Assembly (NCBI GenBank): GCA_051362555.1 | Contig: CM120644.1 | Span: forward strand, 3,604,954 to 3,668,953 | Source: Lingula anatina | Taxonomy: Eukaryota > Animalia > Brachiopoda | Direction of reading: 5' to 3' | DNA: 64,000 nucleotides | Shown here: positions 35,897-49,826 of the stretch, piece after piece | Numbering within the stretch: position 1 is the first letter of the stretch | How the letters are laid out: each line of letters opens with the position of its first letter | Position numbers and translations under genes: made by a program | Notes under the pieces: model-generated | Databases searched by the model: none | Told to the model about the DNA's origin: nothing | The model's input: only the letters and a program-made list of their open reading frames with translations

Positions 35897-37679
35897 TGTG
35901 AGGGGTTTTGTGTGCTCAAGAAGCAGATTTTTGGTCACAACTGTGTCAGGAGTTTTGATGTTATGTGTACATCAGAGATGGGCAGAAGTTTGGAGGTACA
36001 AAAATGGACGGTTGTTTTGTAATGGTGATTTTTACCAGAATGATATTTTATATTGTTATCAAATTGGAAAGATTCAGGGAAGCAGTGTGTGTGGTGTGGC
36101 AGGTATGGTAATTACTTCAAATATCTCACCCACTCGATTATTTGACTTTGTCAGAATTTGTCACTTCAGGCACTCAGGTGTTTTTTCCAACCAGGAGGCC
36201 AACTTAATTTCCAAAATTTTTGACTCAACTCTTTTAAGTATGACAAGCGAGGCATTGCTTTGGAGAAAATTATTTATTTTGTACATTTTTTTTAGTAATT
36301 ACCATTTATTTCATGGTCTGCATAATTTTTAATCTGGCCATCTGTTTTCTTTTTTTTCCCTACAAAATGACGTCAGTGGTACTGAATCAATCAAAATGTT
36401 GAATCAAATAAGAGACCTCAGGTCATTGTTAATCAAATGCTGTGAATTATGGAAAGAAATATGTGCAAGTCTTGACAGTATTACTTGACTGTATTGTTTG
36501 ATTGGGGTCAGCAAACATTTTATTTAGCTTTTTTCTGCCTGATTATTTTATTGTCTACTTCCACAGAAATGGCTTCATGTTTTGTTCTATTATTGATGTT
36601 AGGTAGAAGTTGTAAACAGCTGGATTTAGAACTACATATGTTTTATTTTTCCCTCGCTAGATATACTGTGCTTTGATTGTGAAGGCATGTTACATCCTTC
36701 TTAAATAATCAAAATGTTATCCTAAGGTAAAAATGCACTTTTCAGTAGCCAGATACAAGGAATGCTTGGAAAGTTAATTGTTCATTTAGCTTAAAGCAGG
36801 GTGATCTCAAAAACGTTTACTTACGGGATATTTCTGAGCACATGGCCAGTTCGTGTTAGAAAATTTATGAGAATGCCATGCAAGTTATTGATTGTATTTC
36901 TTTGTGTCAAAATCCATTAAATGGTCCCTCAGATGGATCTATTTTATCGCTGATATTCATGATAAAGGTTTTCAATCTAAAAGACAAAGTCAGGTAGAAG
37001 GGCAAACGTGTAACTTAGAGGCAATGAAAACTGCATCTTCAATCCAGAATCACAATGAATGATAAGTACTGTAGCTCGAATTATTTGTATTATAAAGTTT
37101 AGCACAGTTTTATCACATTTGTACAATTATTTTATACCTGAATCGTCATTTGTGCAGGCAAAACCAATTAAATTTTTTGATAATATTGTGAGAAAGTGAC
37201 TAGTATTTTAGGTGTTTTTTCAATTATATTGGATATCTTACTTAGCATTTTGCAAAATGTTCAATGTTTCTATTTCATATTAAATGTTGCTGTTGTGACA
37301 AATGTTCACAGAAGTTGCACATTTGAATTTAAAGTGAGAGGACTTTGTCTCTGCAGTATTGATATAATGTTGAGAAATTGTTCGGATGTTTGCTTACACA
37401 GTTTGCTTACAATTCAGTGGTAAAAATGGCAGCATAATAGTTTTGTTGAACAAGGTCAATAGTTAAAATGTTGTTGCTGTGCACACACTTACACACACAC
37501 ACACACACATTCGTGTACACACTGCATTTTTTTTTTTTTTATTTACAAAGAGGTTAAGGGTTTGACTTTATACATTTTTGGTGCTGGGTGTTGGGCCAAA
37601 GTAGGACAACTGTGGACAGTTACATTGTAAGGACATACAGGAAGGATGGTCAAACTGGGCTGATATCTATGTCCTCTGT

Positions 37680-37714
<35 letters not shown>

Positions 37715-37837
37715 TTCATTCATTTATTTATTTATTTGTGTGTTATCAGTATTATTATCATCAGAATTATTATTTTCAGCAATCGTTTTTTAAAATTTGT
37801 TTTATAAGTATCCTTTTTTATTATTACTGTCATTTTG

Positions 37838-37885
<48 letters not shown>

Positions 37886-39333
37886 TACTGTGTGTGATGT
37901 ATTGCATTCCAGTTTTTTCTGTCCACCTGTGTCCTAGTATGACATACGGTACAGTACCGCGGTTACTAACGCTAGAACTATTACAATTAACATACTTCAT
38001 TCATTTATTTATTGAGGAAAGGGAAATATTAATGAAAAGCCAAGCTTACGTTTATTGTTTAATATAAAGTTATATTTTCTGACTATTGCAATAAAATGTT
38101 ATGACATTTTAGTTATTTAGTGTTTTGTTTTAACATCGGAGTTGATATAGGGTATTACAATGCGGTGACGAGCATGCGAGTAGTTGGAATTAATCGCATC
38201 AAACTCGGGAAGCTTTCCTAACAACCTATCATTTCCGAATGTAACTTGTTTATTGAACTCCAGTGGGTAATGTTATACATTTCCACAGAATTTTTGGATT
38301 AGTACAGGTTCGTCAGAGAGAGAAAGTAGACGTCGCTCTTGTATAAAATGGACCAAAGTTGAGGCTAGGCGTGAAGCGATTGAAATGATAAAGTTATAAA
38401 GGAGGGGGGGGCGTTCTCCCCCTGTAGCTTTGGGGGTACCCCACTCCCTTAAAAAGTAAACGATTTTACTAAAAGAATTAGCAAACAGTTCTTTATCCCC
38501 GTCCTACATTTTAATGTTGCCCGTCTACTGTTTGGTTTTGCCAAGAGAAGCAATCAAAAAAATTGTTTATCCTTCGACCCCCCCCCCCCCATCAAATTTC
38601 TGTATCTGCTAATCATCTCCCATGTAAAGAAAAAAGACTAGATGCAAGATTAATTGAATAACATTTTATTTGTACCTAAAATTGACGTTCAAATTAACGC
38701 CTAATTATTAAACTGTATGATAAATGCTTATTTACATGTCTAAGGACAATAATAAATAAAAACGGTAAGTATCTGGGAAAATAGTATACCATATTAAGTA
38801 TATTGTGATGAAGGAAAACAAAACAAAAAAAAAAAAAAATTGGTCATCGCCGAGTATGGGTTGGGCTTCAAGAGGCATTGGTTGATATCCAACAAAACCG
38901 GATTCATCGCAAAAAGAAAACTCAATATCGTTATGTAAAGTCCTATTCGAATTTGAGAAATCGCTGTTCACATATGTACTGGTAGAAATCTAAAATGAAA
39001 GGGTTTTTCAGGCTGAAGACGTCATCTACGTTATTACCGGACCGAGATTGTTCGGTTTTTATCCTATTTCCTGCGTAGTTAGCGTCAATTATGCTACGCT
39101 TTTCATTTGTGATTTCGTTACGTTTTTCTATTTAATAAACAGCCAACATAGATCCTGTCGTTCCATTATCCCCAACAACAGCAAGAAAGTAGTATTCTTT
39201 TCTGGTGTGACTTTCGTAACTAATTGGCTAATTTGAACGTAAGGTGGCTTGATAATCCAAAGACTAATTCCGCGTGAATTGCACCATTTTGACAAAAAAA
39301 AAAAAAGTAGCACTTGGTCAAAAAGCAGCTTGT

Positions 39334-40725
39334 TTAAGTAACTGGATCGTAATCTCCTTTTTTAAATTTGTTCTTCGTGAAAAGAAATCCGTCCTGAAAT
39401 AAAATATTCGTAAACATTGTAGACATATGAAACAAATACATAGAAACCGAGTTCAATCCAAGTTACGTGGGGAGAACAGCGTGATATTAATAAGTGCCAA
39501 ATGGTACATTTGTCATTGTCAAATACATTAAATCAAAATTCTCGATCCCCCCCCCCCCCCCCAAAAAAAAACAAAAAAAAAACAAACAAAACAAATCAAT
39601 AAACAGTGTAAATCTTATTTAATCGTCTCAATACTATGCAATAAAATAAATCATCACGTCACGAAGTTAAAACTGTGTACCCGGATTATAAATCTAATGT
39701 AAATGATTTTAAAAAAAGGAGTCTGCATACTGATGTCGATGTGAGTGTACATATGGGTATGGAAATACTCTACATACATCTGGATGTACATATTGTCATC
39801 TCCGCTTACCTTCACAAGTGCCGGTATAGCTTGCCACATCTCCCGTTGCGGTATAACGTTCACCCCTCTCTCCTGCTGTATAAAATACCTGTACCCCACG
39901 CCGACCCCCAGGTATGTCACGGCAAATACCAGCACTCTGAAAACACATTACAGATAGGACTCATTAACAAAACTGATCCTCTGATATTAGGGGCCTATAA
40001 ACTAGTATACAAACTGAAAGTGTATGTACCTATACCGCTACCATAATTTTGTAAGAGACTTTACTGGCCATAGAGTAAGAACAAACAGTAATGTTCCAGC
40101 GATGGGGGGGGGGGGGGGGGGGTATAGTATCCCATCTTTTACCCACCATAGCTATCTAATTCCTCCCCATAACAGAATAACGAATAAGACGATGTCTGCG
40201 AAGCTACTGATATTGCAAGTCTATTAATTACCCCACAAAAACGATAATATCACTCATATCAAAGCGCCTGACCTCGATACTTCCTTCGGAAACACAGAGA
40301 AACATGGCAAAACATTCAGAACTAAATCATTTAACTAGAAATTCTAATAGGCATCAAATTTAATTGCAGGGACGATTAGTGGGTAGGAGAAAATCGCTTT
40401 TTTCACGAGAATTTTTTAATTTGGCGAAGACTCCGGCTATAATACCTTTAAATGATAAAATCGATTGAAAAGACTGGGCATCACTCACATGATAATAAGC
40501 AGACTTCCTATACTGAGACTGTCCGGCTCTTCCTCCTGGAAACACGCGTACTTCGACATCAGCGTCATAAACTAGAACAAAACGCAAATCAGCCGCTACA
40601 GCTTACTTGGTACTTATAAACAAGACAACTAGCTAGATACGTGTATAATGATAAAATATGGACAAATTTTAAAAGAAGGTGACAGTGTATTAAAACTGAA
40701 TTGAGAAATGTTCATAACTGTGTGC

Positions 40726-40772
<47 letters not shown>

Positions 40773-42481
40773 TGCACTGATAGAACATATTTTCTCTTAA
40801 ATCTGGTGACCAAACTTACGTAATTTGTGGGCATATCGGAGCGTTCGCCCTCGGCCACGAAATCGCCTTCCTTACTGGGGTCACAGATCAGCTGCACGTG
40901 ACTGGTCCTGTAGATATATGTAATAATATGTAAGCAATTATTACATGTTAGTAATTATTAGTATTTCTGTCTAAAAAATTTCATTCCAACGTTATACAGT
41001 TGCAGATTTTTTCTTATCATCAAATTCTAAGTTGAAAAGTAGTTGTGTCGGTTTTCATTTCATGTATGTAAACCTTTGTCCCGTGACAAAGGTTTACAAA
41101 CCGTGTTTTCTCCTCTTAGTACAACATTCCAGGTTTTCTGTATTATCTTTTCTTACCTCTGGCATTAACATTTCTATAAAACTACTAAACTAAAATCAAG
41201 GAGATAAGTATATGGCCACGTGCACAAAACAATGCTAAAAATTCATTGTCTAAATGACCATTTTTAATCCTTAAAAACAAAATCAAGGCAGACCCTGGAT
41301 TGGGGGTAAGGCAGGTACAAAAGAGCACATAATTCTCTACACAATCCCGAGCCCGCCTTTTAGGTGTCTGACCCTTCACGCTAAACGTGTTGATATATGT
41401 CGTAGGGCGCAATAAGTCAAAGACTCCTTCATATATAATACTAATATAGACTGGGGAATAATTTATGGTTAACGCCACACAAAAAGTGGATATTTCAGTC
41501 CCATCAGTGACCCAGACGTACGCGTGTTTGTACAGGCCCGTAGCCAGGGGTGGGGGGGGGTGTTCGAAAGAACCCCCCCTTTTTGCTGGAAAAAGGTCCA
41601 CTCTGGGTAAAATTTGACCTAGGTACATGGGAATTATATGGTAAAAGTCCACTTTTTCAGAAAAAGACCCCCCCCTTTGAAATTGCTGGCTACGGGCCTG
41701 GTGTAATATATGTACAAATTTTAGACTTCTCCCATATTATTGGCGCTATTTGATACTGTATGGTAAAAGTCAACAGTAATTTAACAGTAATTAATAAGTG
41801 ATGTTTTAACAGTTACGGAAAAATATACATAAAATTTTCGCATCATTGAGGTGGCTTAAATGTTCATTTTTTTTGTGTGTGTGTGTGTATGTGTGTGTGT
41901 GTGTGTGTGGTATGACCCATGTTCTTATAAATATAATAATAACATAGGATCCAAAACCAGGTGGGCCATAAATGAATACTGAACTACTTGGCTTCACCTG
42001 GACCAATACGTTACCTGGTCGTTCCCGAGGTGTCCGTGGCGGAGTAGACTACCTGGAATGCGCCCTGAGAAGTCATGTTGAACGTGGCCGTGGCTTGACT
42101 GCCCAGTGAATAACCGTTCGTATACATGTCTACCTGACACACCTGGTGTGAAAAAATAAGCAGATAAATAAATAAATAAATATGGAATAGTTGTATAAGC
42201 AAATAAAAAAATAAATAGATAGGTAGATATTAAGATAAGCAAACAAGATCAACTCGGAAGCACTCAAAGAGCACAGAGTCCCCCTTCGAAAGCTCAATTA
42301 TCACTATTGTTTAATTAATCGACTGGTTAATTAGGGACCGTCACCAAAATCTAAACGATTCTAAGGTAACCTGTCCTAAAAATTTTATCCTTTTATCCAA
42401 ATCCGACCTTAACTTTTAAAGTCAAGCAGTTAGTTAGTTAACAAACCAACAAACACAAAAAACATAACCCCACCGGAGGAA

Positions 42482-42524
<43 letters not shown>

Positions 42525-43264
42525 GAGTATTATTTTGCCTTGTGGCATATTCCAAATCGCAGTACTGTCAGTTGAAATCTTCCGTTCACTTACAGCGACG
42601 TCTTCACATCCCCCGGTGGGACCTTTGTTTGCAGTGAATCTTGTACAAGGATTCCAACTGTAGGTAAACAGATCACTGGAGGTTGCTTTGAATCTTGGAC
42701 AATTAAGGAAGGAATTTAAAAGAAATTATGGTAAGACAAATCTTTACAGTGAAGTCATTTTCAATGTGTGTTCCCTAATACAGCCTGTAGACTGGGATAT
42801 ATTTTCAGGTAGCAATAATAAGTTAAAACAAAACTTTAAAAAATAAAACCAAAAGTTAACTCGGATCAGACTGCATCTAACTGCATCAAAAACGTATCTG
42901 TTACATACTTTGATGATATGTATTGTTTATTATATGCTTTTGATGCATCAAATTGCATCAAAAACGTATCTGCCATTTACTCTGATGATATTTACTGTTT
43001 CCTATATGCTTCTTTTGTACTGGAAGACAAAATCGCAAAATCAACCTCACAAAATCAATCCCAATCTAGAGTACGTTACCGAGCGGTTCCATCAGAGCTA
43101 GCGAGAGGCCTCAGGTTCAAGACCCCATTCTCGTTCCTGCAGCTACAGGAGTCTATCTTCACACAACTCTGGCTATGGGACGCCCTCACGAACAACAGCA
43201 GCAGGAGGACAAACAGTAAAGTCGTCGTGTTTGGGACACTTCGTCCACTTTGTCTACGAGCCAT
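39334..43264 (-). CDS. Cation-dependent mannose-6-phosphate receptor-like / ATG27-like type I membrane protein, 7 exons
   Basis: Signal peptide, CVKIDSCSC..G.LNLRPL, YSWNPCTRF, VCQ...YSLG, VQLICDP, LMSKYAC, TM segment SLSIGSLLII..VFAVTYLGVG, GVNVIPQREMWQAIPALVKDG, tail YDPVT*; exons join at GT-AG sites. Confidence 0.85.
41533..41700. mobile_element. MITE with CAGGCCCGTAGCCAG TIRs
   Basis: CAGGCCCGTAGCCAG...CTGGCTACGGGCCTG; no clear TSD. Confidence 0.7.
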
Positions 43265-44989
43265 GGCGCCGGGGCAGCTTCTTGGACGTGCTGCCTTGTC
43301 GGTGTACTGGCACGGTTATGTCCATGTACTAATTTATCAGTGACGAGAGGTATATCTTTAAAGGTAGGTTGCTAAGCATGATTTCATTAATATGGGAGTA
43401 AAACCATGGCCTGAAGCCTGGGGCGGGTGTCAGCCAGCCCATGTGACCTCCTGCCTTGCGTCCATGACAGTGCACTTTGGGTCGTCTGTGCTGGTTGGGC
43501 TGATCTTTCAAAATTTTTTCATAACCTATTTGAGGATTTACTATGAATAGTTTTTGATATTGCTAGCTAATATATAGCATTTCTGTGTTGGGTATTTTCA
43601 AATGCCGAGAGAAATAAAAGATGTCGGAAGAAAGGCTGATGGAGGCCTTGTGCGACAGGAACGCTGGCGGGCTTGATCTGTTGATAGTGAGCGCGTGGAA
43701 TGGTACCCGGGGTCTCGTGGTCTTTATTATCACCATTAACAATGGTACACTTGGGCCAGCTGACATGGCTATCTCACTCTTGAAGTCAGGTTGGTCACTA
43801 TGTACGGAAAACCTGGTCGAAATATATTATAAGAATAGCAAAGCGCTTTTTTTGTCTGTATCACGGTCCCGTTAAACTGAGAAAAATTGGCCTTAAGTAA
43901 GTTGTAGCCCAAGATCAAGTATTTTATTTATTTATTTATAGAGGGGGGGGGGGGGAGGGACAATTTTGATATTGGCAACGCAACGGTAGTCCATTTTAAG
44001 GGTGAGAACTAATTTATGTTAAACCAAATTCCACATTATAAATTTTCGACTTTTGAAGAGAAGACCAGTTTTCTACTTCCTAATTTTTTTTTTACCGAAA
44101 CAATGGGGCAGGCAGTCGAATTCGCGAGGTCAACCTATATCGTTTTAGGGAACGAGGAGAGAGTGCGAGAGCATCGTTATGAGATCGCTTCAGTCATTAT
44201 GTGATATATTACTTCAAGCGGCAATGCAAGGATGTACGAAGCCCGTCTTTCTTAAATTGCGTAAGCCCAGCTACAAAACGTGTTTTGGTTGAGAATTAAT
44301 GAAGTAAAAGTAGGCTTATATAAAACAACCAGTAACTTTCTATCCGTCCCACTTCTTTGACCAATCCTTGGCCACGCCACCCGGTTACACGCTCGAGTGC
44401 ATTTTTTTTTTTTTTTTGGTTTTTGCAAATGCGTAAGATCAAATTTGTCACGTACAAAGTTGCAATCTTTTTGAACTAAACTCGCAGGTCAATTTATTAT
44501 CCAACCATCTGCTGTCATATTCAGCAGGGGCACCTAACCTCTGTACGGAACTAGGTCACCGACCTCTTCGTCGTCTTTGGGGCCAGCGGTTTTCTTCATA
44601 ATGCGTTTTATAGCTTTTATCATTGACGATTTTCTAAAATTCACTCATTTTTTTTTTTTTTTTGGTATTCATAACCTCTTAAACTTTCGACCCCACAGCT
44701 GTAACTGCGACTTAATTTTGTAACGAGGCGTAGGAGTTCCTTGCCTGTGCGTCCGTCCTCTATGGGTCGATTACTCCTAAGACCCATCCTAGATTACTCA
44801 AAACGTCGTGCAAGCGAATGATGCACCAGCTTATTTAAAATCATTCACCCTCAAACAAATCTAAATGATACAACACAACAACGCCAGCATTTGGTTCAAA
44901 TTGTATTTCTGTATTTTTTATGTATTTTTTAAAGGTCAGTTTCTCATTGAAAAGTTTGTAGTGAAATGCTCCGCTCGCTGTTGCTTGTT

Positions 44990-47900
44990 TTACGTTTCCT
45001 TCATTTCTCTGAGACGACGTACCGCACTTCTTACTGTGGCTGCCGCTGTGGTGCTGAAAGTACAGAAAATACCCGTTAATATTTTTTATAACCATCCACT
45101 CAAACTATTCAAACCTTGCTCTTATTAGAGAAAGGGCAAACAGATTTCACAATCCTGCTTCACTGCTTTTATATTTACTCTCATATGTGACGACTGTAAC
45201 ATTTACTCTTGCGACTTAGAACGAAATTTGTTCATAGGTACAAGTGCATCAGGGTTAAAAAGCTCGTTGTGATTTAACTCTGCACTGATCATAAGAGTTG
45301 GATCTGGTTTCATCATCTGCACTTGTGCACTTAAAAACTAGAGGATCAGAGAGGCGATACCGCCTCCGAATATTGTACCACCAGCTGGAGCAAGCGCATT
45401 CGTATAGACCCCCACATACACAAAATAAGGGACACAGCCACCAGTCTTATGCTTGACAAGCTATAAAAATGCAATCAACAAGAATTTTCAAAATACGCAA
45501 AAAATTATATATAACTTAAAATGGTACAATCAAAGTTAAGTTCATCGTAAGGTAGGTCAAAGGTCAATTTCAAGGTCACAGTAAATTGCCAGTATATGAC
45601 TTCCTATTCAACTTCAATAGTAACTATGGACCTATCTCTGCCAGGTTTGGAGTTAAAAGAGAAAGAAATTAGCAGAGTTCAGTTCATGATTATAAGTAGG
45701 TCAAAGGTCAATTTGAAGGTCACATATAGATTGCCAGTATATGACTTCCTATTCAAGTCCAATAGTAACTACGGACCTATCTCAGCCAGTTTTGGAGATA
45801 AAAGGAAACCAAAATTTGCAAAGTTCAGTTCATGGTGAAAAGTAGGTCAAAGGTCAATTTCAAGGTCACAGTAAGATTGCCAGTATATGACTTCCTATTC
45901 AAGTCCAATAGAAACTACGGACCTATCTCTGCCAGTTTTGGAGATAAAAGGGAAGCAAAATTTGCAATGTTCAGTTCATGGTGAAAAGTAGGTCAAAGGT
46001 CAATTTTAAGGTCACATTTAGATTGCCAGTATATGACTTCCTATTCAAGTTCAATAGTAACTATGGACCTATCTGCTAGTTTTGGAGACAAAAGGGAAGC
46101 AAAATTTGCAAAGTTCAGTTCATGGTGAAAAGTAGGTCAAAGGTCAATTTTAAGGTCACATTTATATTGCCAGTATATGACTTCCTATTCAAGTTCAATA
46201 GTAACTATGGACCTATCTCTGCCAGTTTTGGAGATAAAAGGAAAGCAAAATTTGCAAAGTTCAGTTCATGGTGAAAAGTAGGTCAAAGGTCAATTTTAAG
46301 GTCACATTTATATTGCCAGTATATGACTTCCTATTCAAGTTCAATAGTAACTATGGACCTATCTCTGCCAGTTTTGGAGATATAAGGGACTAAATGTTAT
46401 AATTTTGGAGTTACCATAATGTGCCTTAAATTTCGAACAGAAAAAATTAATTAAAATAAAGAAAATGTCATTTTGGTCAAAATTCTTGAAATAGGAGGTG
46501 CTCTGAAGTTTCAGAAGTTCAAGTTTGATGAAATAATGTCATTTTTGAACACAAGTTGTCTGCTTTGCCAAGCCTTATGTTTTATTTTTCCAGAGTTCAA
46601 AATTTATTATCCATTACCGTACTGCACATTTTGCTTTTACCACCAATATGTACTTTTTGATACAGCGTAACTCGAAAACCGTATGGAATACAAAAAAACC
46701 GAGACCACCTCCAGTATTGGGCTTTACATGCAAAGTTCAGTTCATGGTGAAAAGTAGGTCAAAGGTCAATTTTAAGGTCACATTTATATTGCCAGTATAT
46801 GACTTCCTATTCAAGTTCAATAGTAACTATGGACCTATCTCTGCCAGTTTTGGAGATAAAAGGAAACCAAAATTTGCAAAGTTCAGTTCATGGTGAAAAG
46901 TAGGTCAAAGGTCAATTTTAAGGTCACATTTAGATTGCCAGTATATGCCTTCCTATTCAAGTTCAATAGTAACTATGGACCTATCTCTGCCAGTTTTGGA
47001 GATAAAACGGAAGCAAAATTTGCAAAGTTCAGTTCATGGTGAAAAGTAGGTCAAAGGTCAATTTTAAGGTCACATTTAGATTGCCAGTATATGACTTCCT
47101 ATTCAAGTTCAATAGTAACTACGGACCTATCTCAGCCAGTTTTGGAGATAAAAGGAAGGCAAAATTTGCAAAGTTCAGTTCATGGTGAAAAGTAGGTCAA
47201 AGGTCAATTTTAAGGTCACATTTATATTGCCAGTATATGACTTCCTATTCAAGTTCAATAGTAACTATGGACCTATCTCTGACAGTTTTGGAGATAAAAG
47301 GGAAGAAAAATTTGCAAAGTTCAGTTCATGGTGAAAAGTAGGTCAATGGTCAATTTTAAGGTCACATATAGATTGCCAGTATATGACTTCCTATTCAAGT
47401 TCAATAGTAACTATGGACCTATCTCTGCCAGTTTTGGCGATAAAATGGAAGAAAAATTTGCAAAGTTCAGTTCATGGTGAAAAGTAGGTCAAAGGTCAAT
47501 TTTAAGGTCACATATAGATTGCCAGTATATGACTTCCTATTCAAGTTCAATAGTAACTATGGACCTATCTCTGCCAGTTTTGGAGATAAAAGGGAAGAAA
47601 AATTTGCAAAGTTCAGTTCATGGTGAAAAGTCGGTCAAAGGTCAATTTTAAGGTCACATATAGATTGCCAGTATATGACTTCCTATTCAACTTCAATAGT
47701 AACTATAGACCTATCTCTGCCAGTTTTGGAGATATAAGGGACTAAATGTTATAATTTTGGAGTTACCATAATGTGCCTTAAATTTCGTACAAAAAAAATT
47801 AATTAAAATAAAGAAAATGTCATTTTGGTCAAAATTCTTGAAATAAGAGGTGCTCTGAAGTTTCAGAAGTTCAAATTTGATGAAATAATGTCATTTTTGA

Positions 47901-49791
47901 ACACAAGTTGTCTGCTTTGCCAAGCCTAATGTTTTATTTTTCCAGAGTTCAAAATTTATTATCCATTACCATACTGCACATTTTGCTTTTACCACCAATA
48001 TGTACTTTTTGATACAGCGTAACTCGAAAACCGTATGGAATACAAAAAAACCGAGACCACCTCCAGTGTTGGGCTTTACATGCTCTACAAAATGCAAAAA
48101 AGAATGGGTCTCTAGCATTAACGGTTCCCGAATTAGAGACAGTTTTCAGTTTCGGTATCTTATGGCCACTACTCCCGTGAAAATGCACCGATTGACCCCA
48201 AATTCATGGAGATGAAAGATGACCTGAAGGGTAACACTTTCCAATAATATTATTGGTTAAGTCTGTGTGGTGTCTGAATAACAGGGCAAAAAATTTTTTT
48301 TCGTAAAAAATTTCATTTTTTTGAAAATTTTGGCCCATTTGACCTTGAAGTAAAGGTCAAAGGTCAAATCCAAGGGTATATTTGAAATCTACACATATGA
48401 CTTTTGGAAAGCCGTCTATAGAAATTTTTCCCATAACTCCTTCCGTAGGGTAGATAATTAGCATTTAATTTTGCCATTTTTAGACAAGGGTGCATTGCAA
48501 TGAGTGCCACACCCAGACCCCAATACCGACAAAGCCCAAATTTTACGTGGAACGAGTTGAGATTATAGGTGACCTAAATCCATGAGATGGGTATGGGGGG
48601 CCTTACCGTCTAGGAGGAGAAGCGGTAACGGTAGCCGTCCGGCGGAGCCGGCGGAACGATCCGGACGAGACCGAAACCATGTGTACCACCAGCGCCAACG
48701 CTGGTGGTACAATAACTTAAGACTTGGAAACTGAATTCCACCATAAAAATACGTAACCGAAGTCAAAAGTCAAGTAAGCCAATCAGTTTTGAAAGTGATG
48801 TTCGTAAAATTGAAGTCCAGCTAATGAAAATTTGTAATCGTCAGTAACTGCTTTAAGGTAGAAGCTGGATGTTTCTCTCTCTCTCTTTTGTTTTTTTGCT
48901 TTTTCATTCTTTCTTTTTTTCTTTTTTTAAGGGGTGTGGTGTACAAAGAGAACTGATGTGAATGCTGGTTTTTACCTGGCAGTCCAAGCTCCGCCTGCAA
49001 TAATCTTCTTGCAGCCACCACACGCCCAGATACCAACAGCTGTCCTCTTTAACTTGTCCTGAAACGTTAGATGCATTATTTTAGGTGGCATAAATCACAC
49101 CCCTCAAAATAATCTCCCCCCTCAACAAATCCGTCAGTTACAAGATGACAGACTGTATTTCCTTCTCTTAACATGTCACTGGAATACGTATCACCACACC
49201 AGAGCAAGTGTAATGACATAGCGAGACCAGTGGTTTATCTACACAGCATAAACGCCAAAACTGCAACGGAGTACTACGGTCTTGGAGCTGGACTGTGATA
49301 GTTTAACTCATTAAACTTGGGAATTTTTCTTTACAGGTTGAAGAAATTGAACAAATGCATGCAGTAAGTCACATCCAAGGGTTTCCTTTCACTCGGCTCT
49401 TTACCACACAATCCTGTATCTTGTAATGCTGTATACATAGCCCGCCCTCCCATCCCCCTCTTTTATCAACACACCCTACTCTCACTTTAAACATAGATGA
49501 CATGTTTACAATTGGAGTGCTGAGACTAACCTTTCAACACACGCACGGTTATACCCACCTTTTCATAGTAATAGCATGTGTGTTTGCAATGCTAAAAGCC
49601 CCCCCCCCCATAACATGGCAGAGAATTATCTCCCAAGATAAAGAGTCTGCTTCCTGTTCATTTGTACAGGTTTAAGCCTCACCCTAGATTTCGTTACATT
49701 TAGGTCAGCTTAAACCTACCCATTATAACTAAATGGATTGCAGTATCTGTTGTAAACACAGACCCTCAGTTTCGTTACCCCCTACCTCCCC

Positions 49792-49826
<35 letters not shown>

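Noticed and set aside
37588-38067. 159-aa Tyr-rich ORF
   Set aside because: Translation of (TTTA)n and (TTA)n microsatellites.
48783-48855. Possible further C/D snoRNA on the minus strand (TGACGA...CTGA)
   Set aside because: Imperfect C box, no terminal stem, no recognisable rRNA complementarity.
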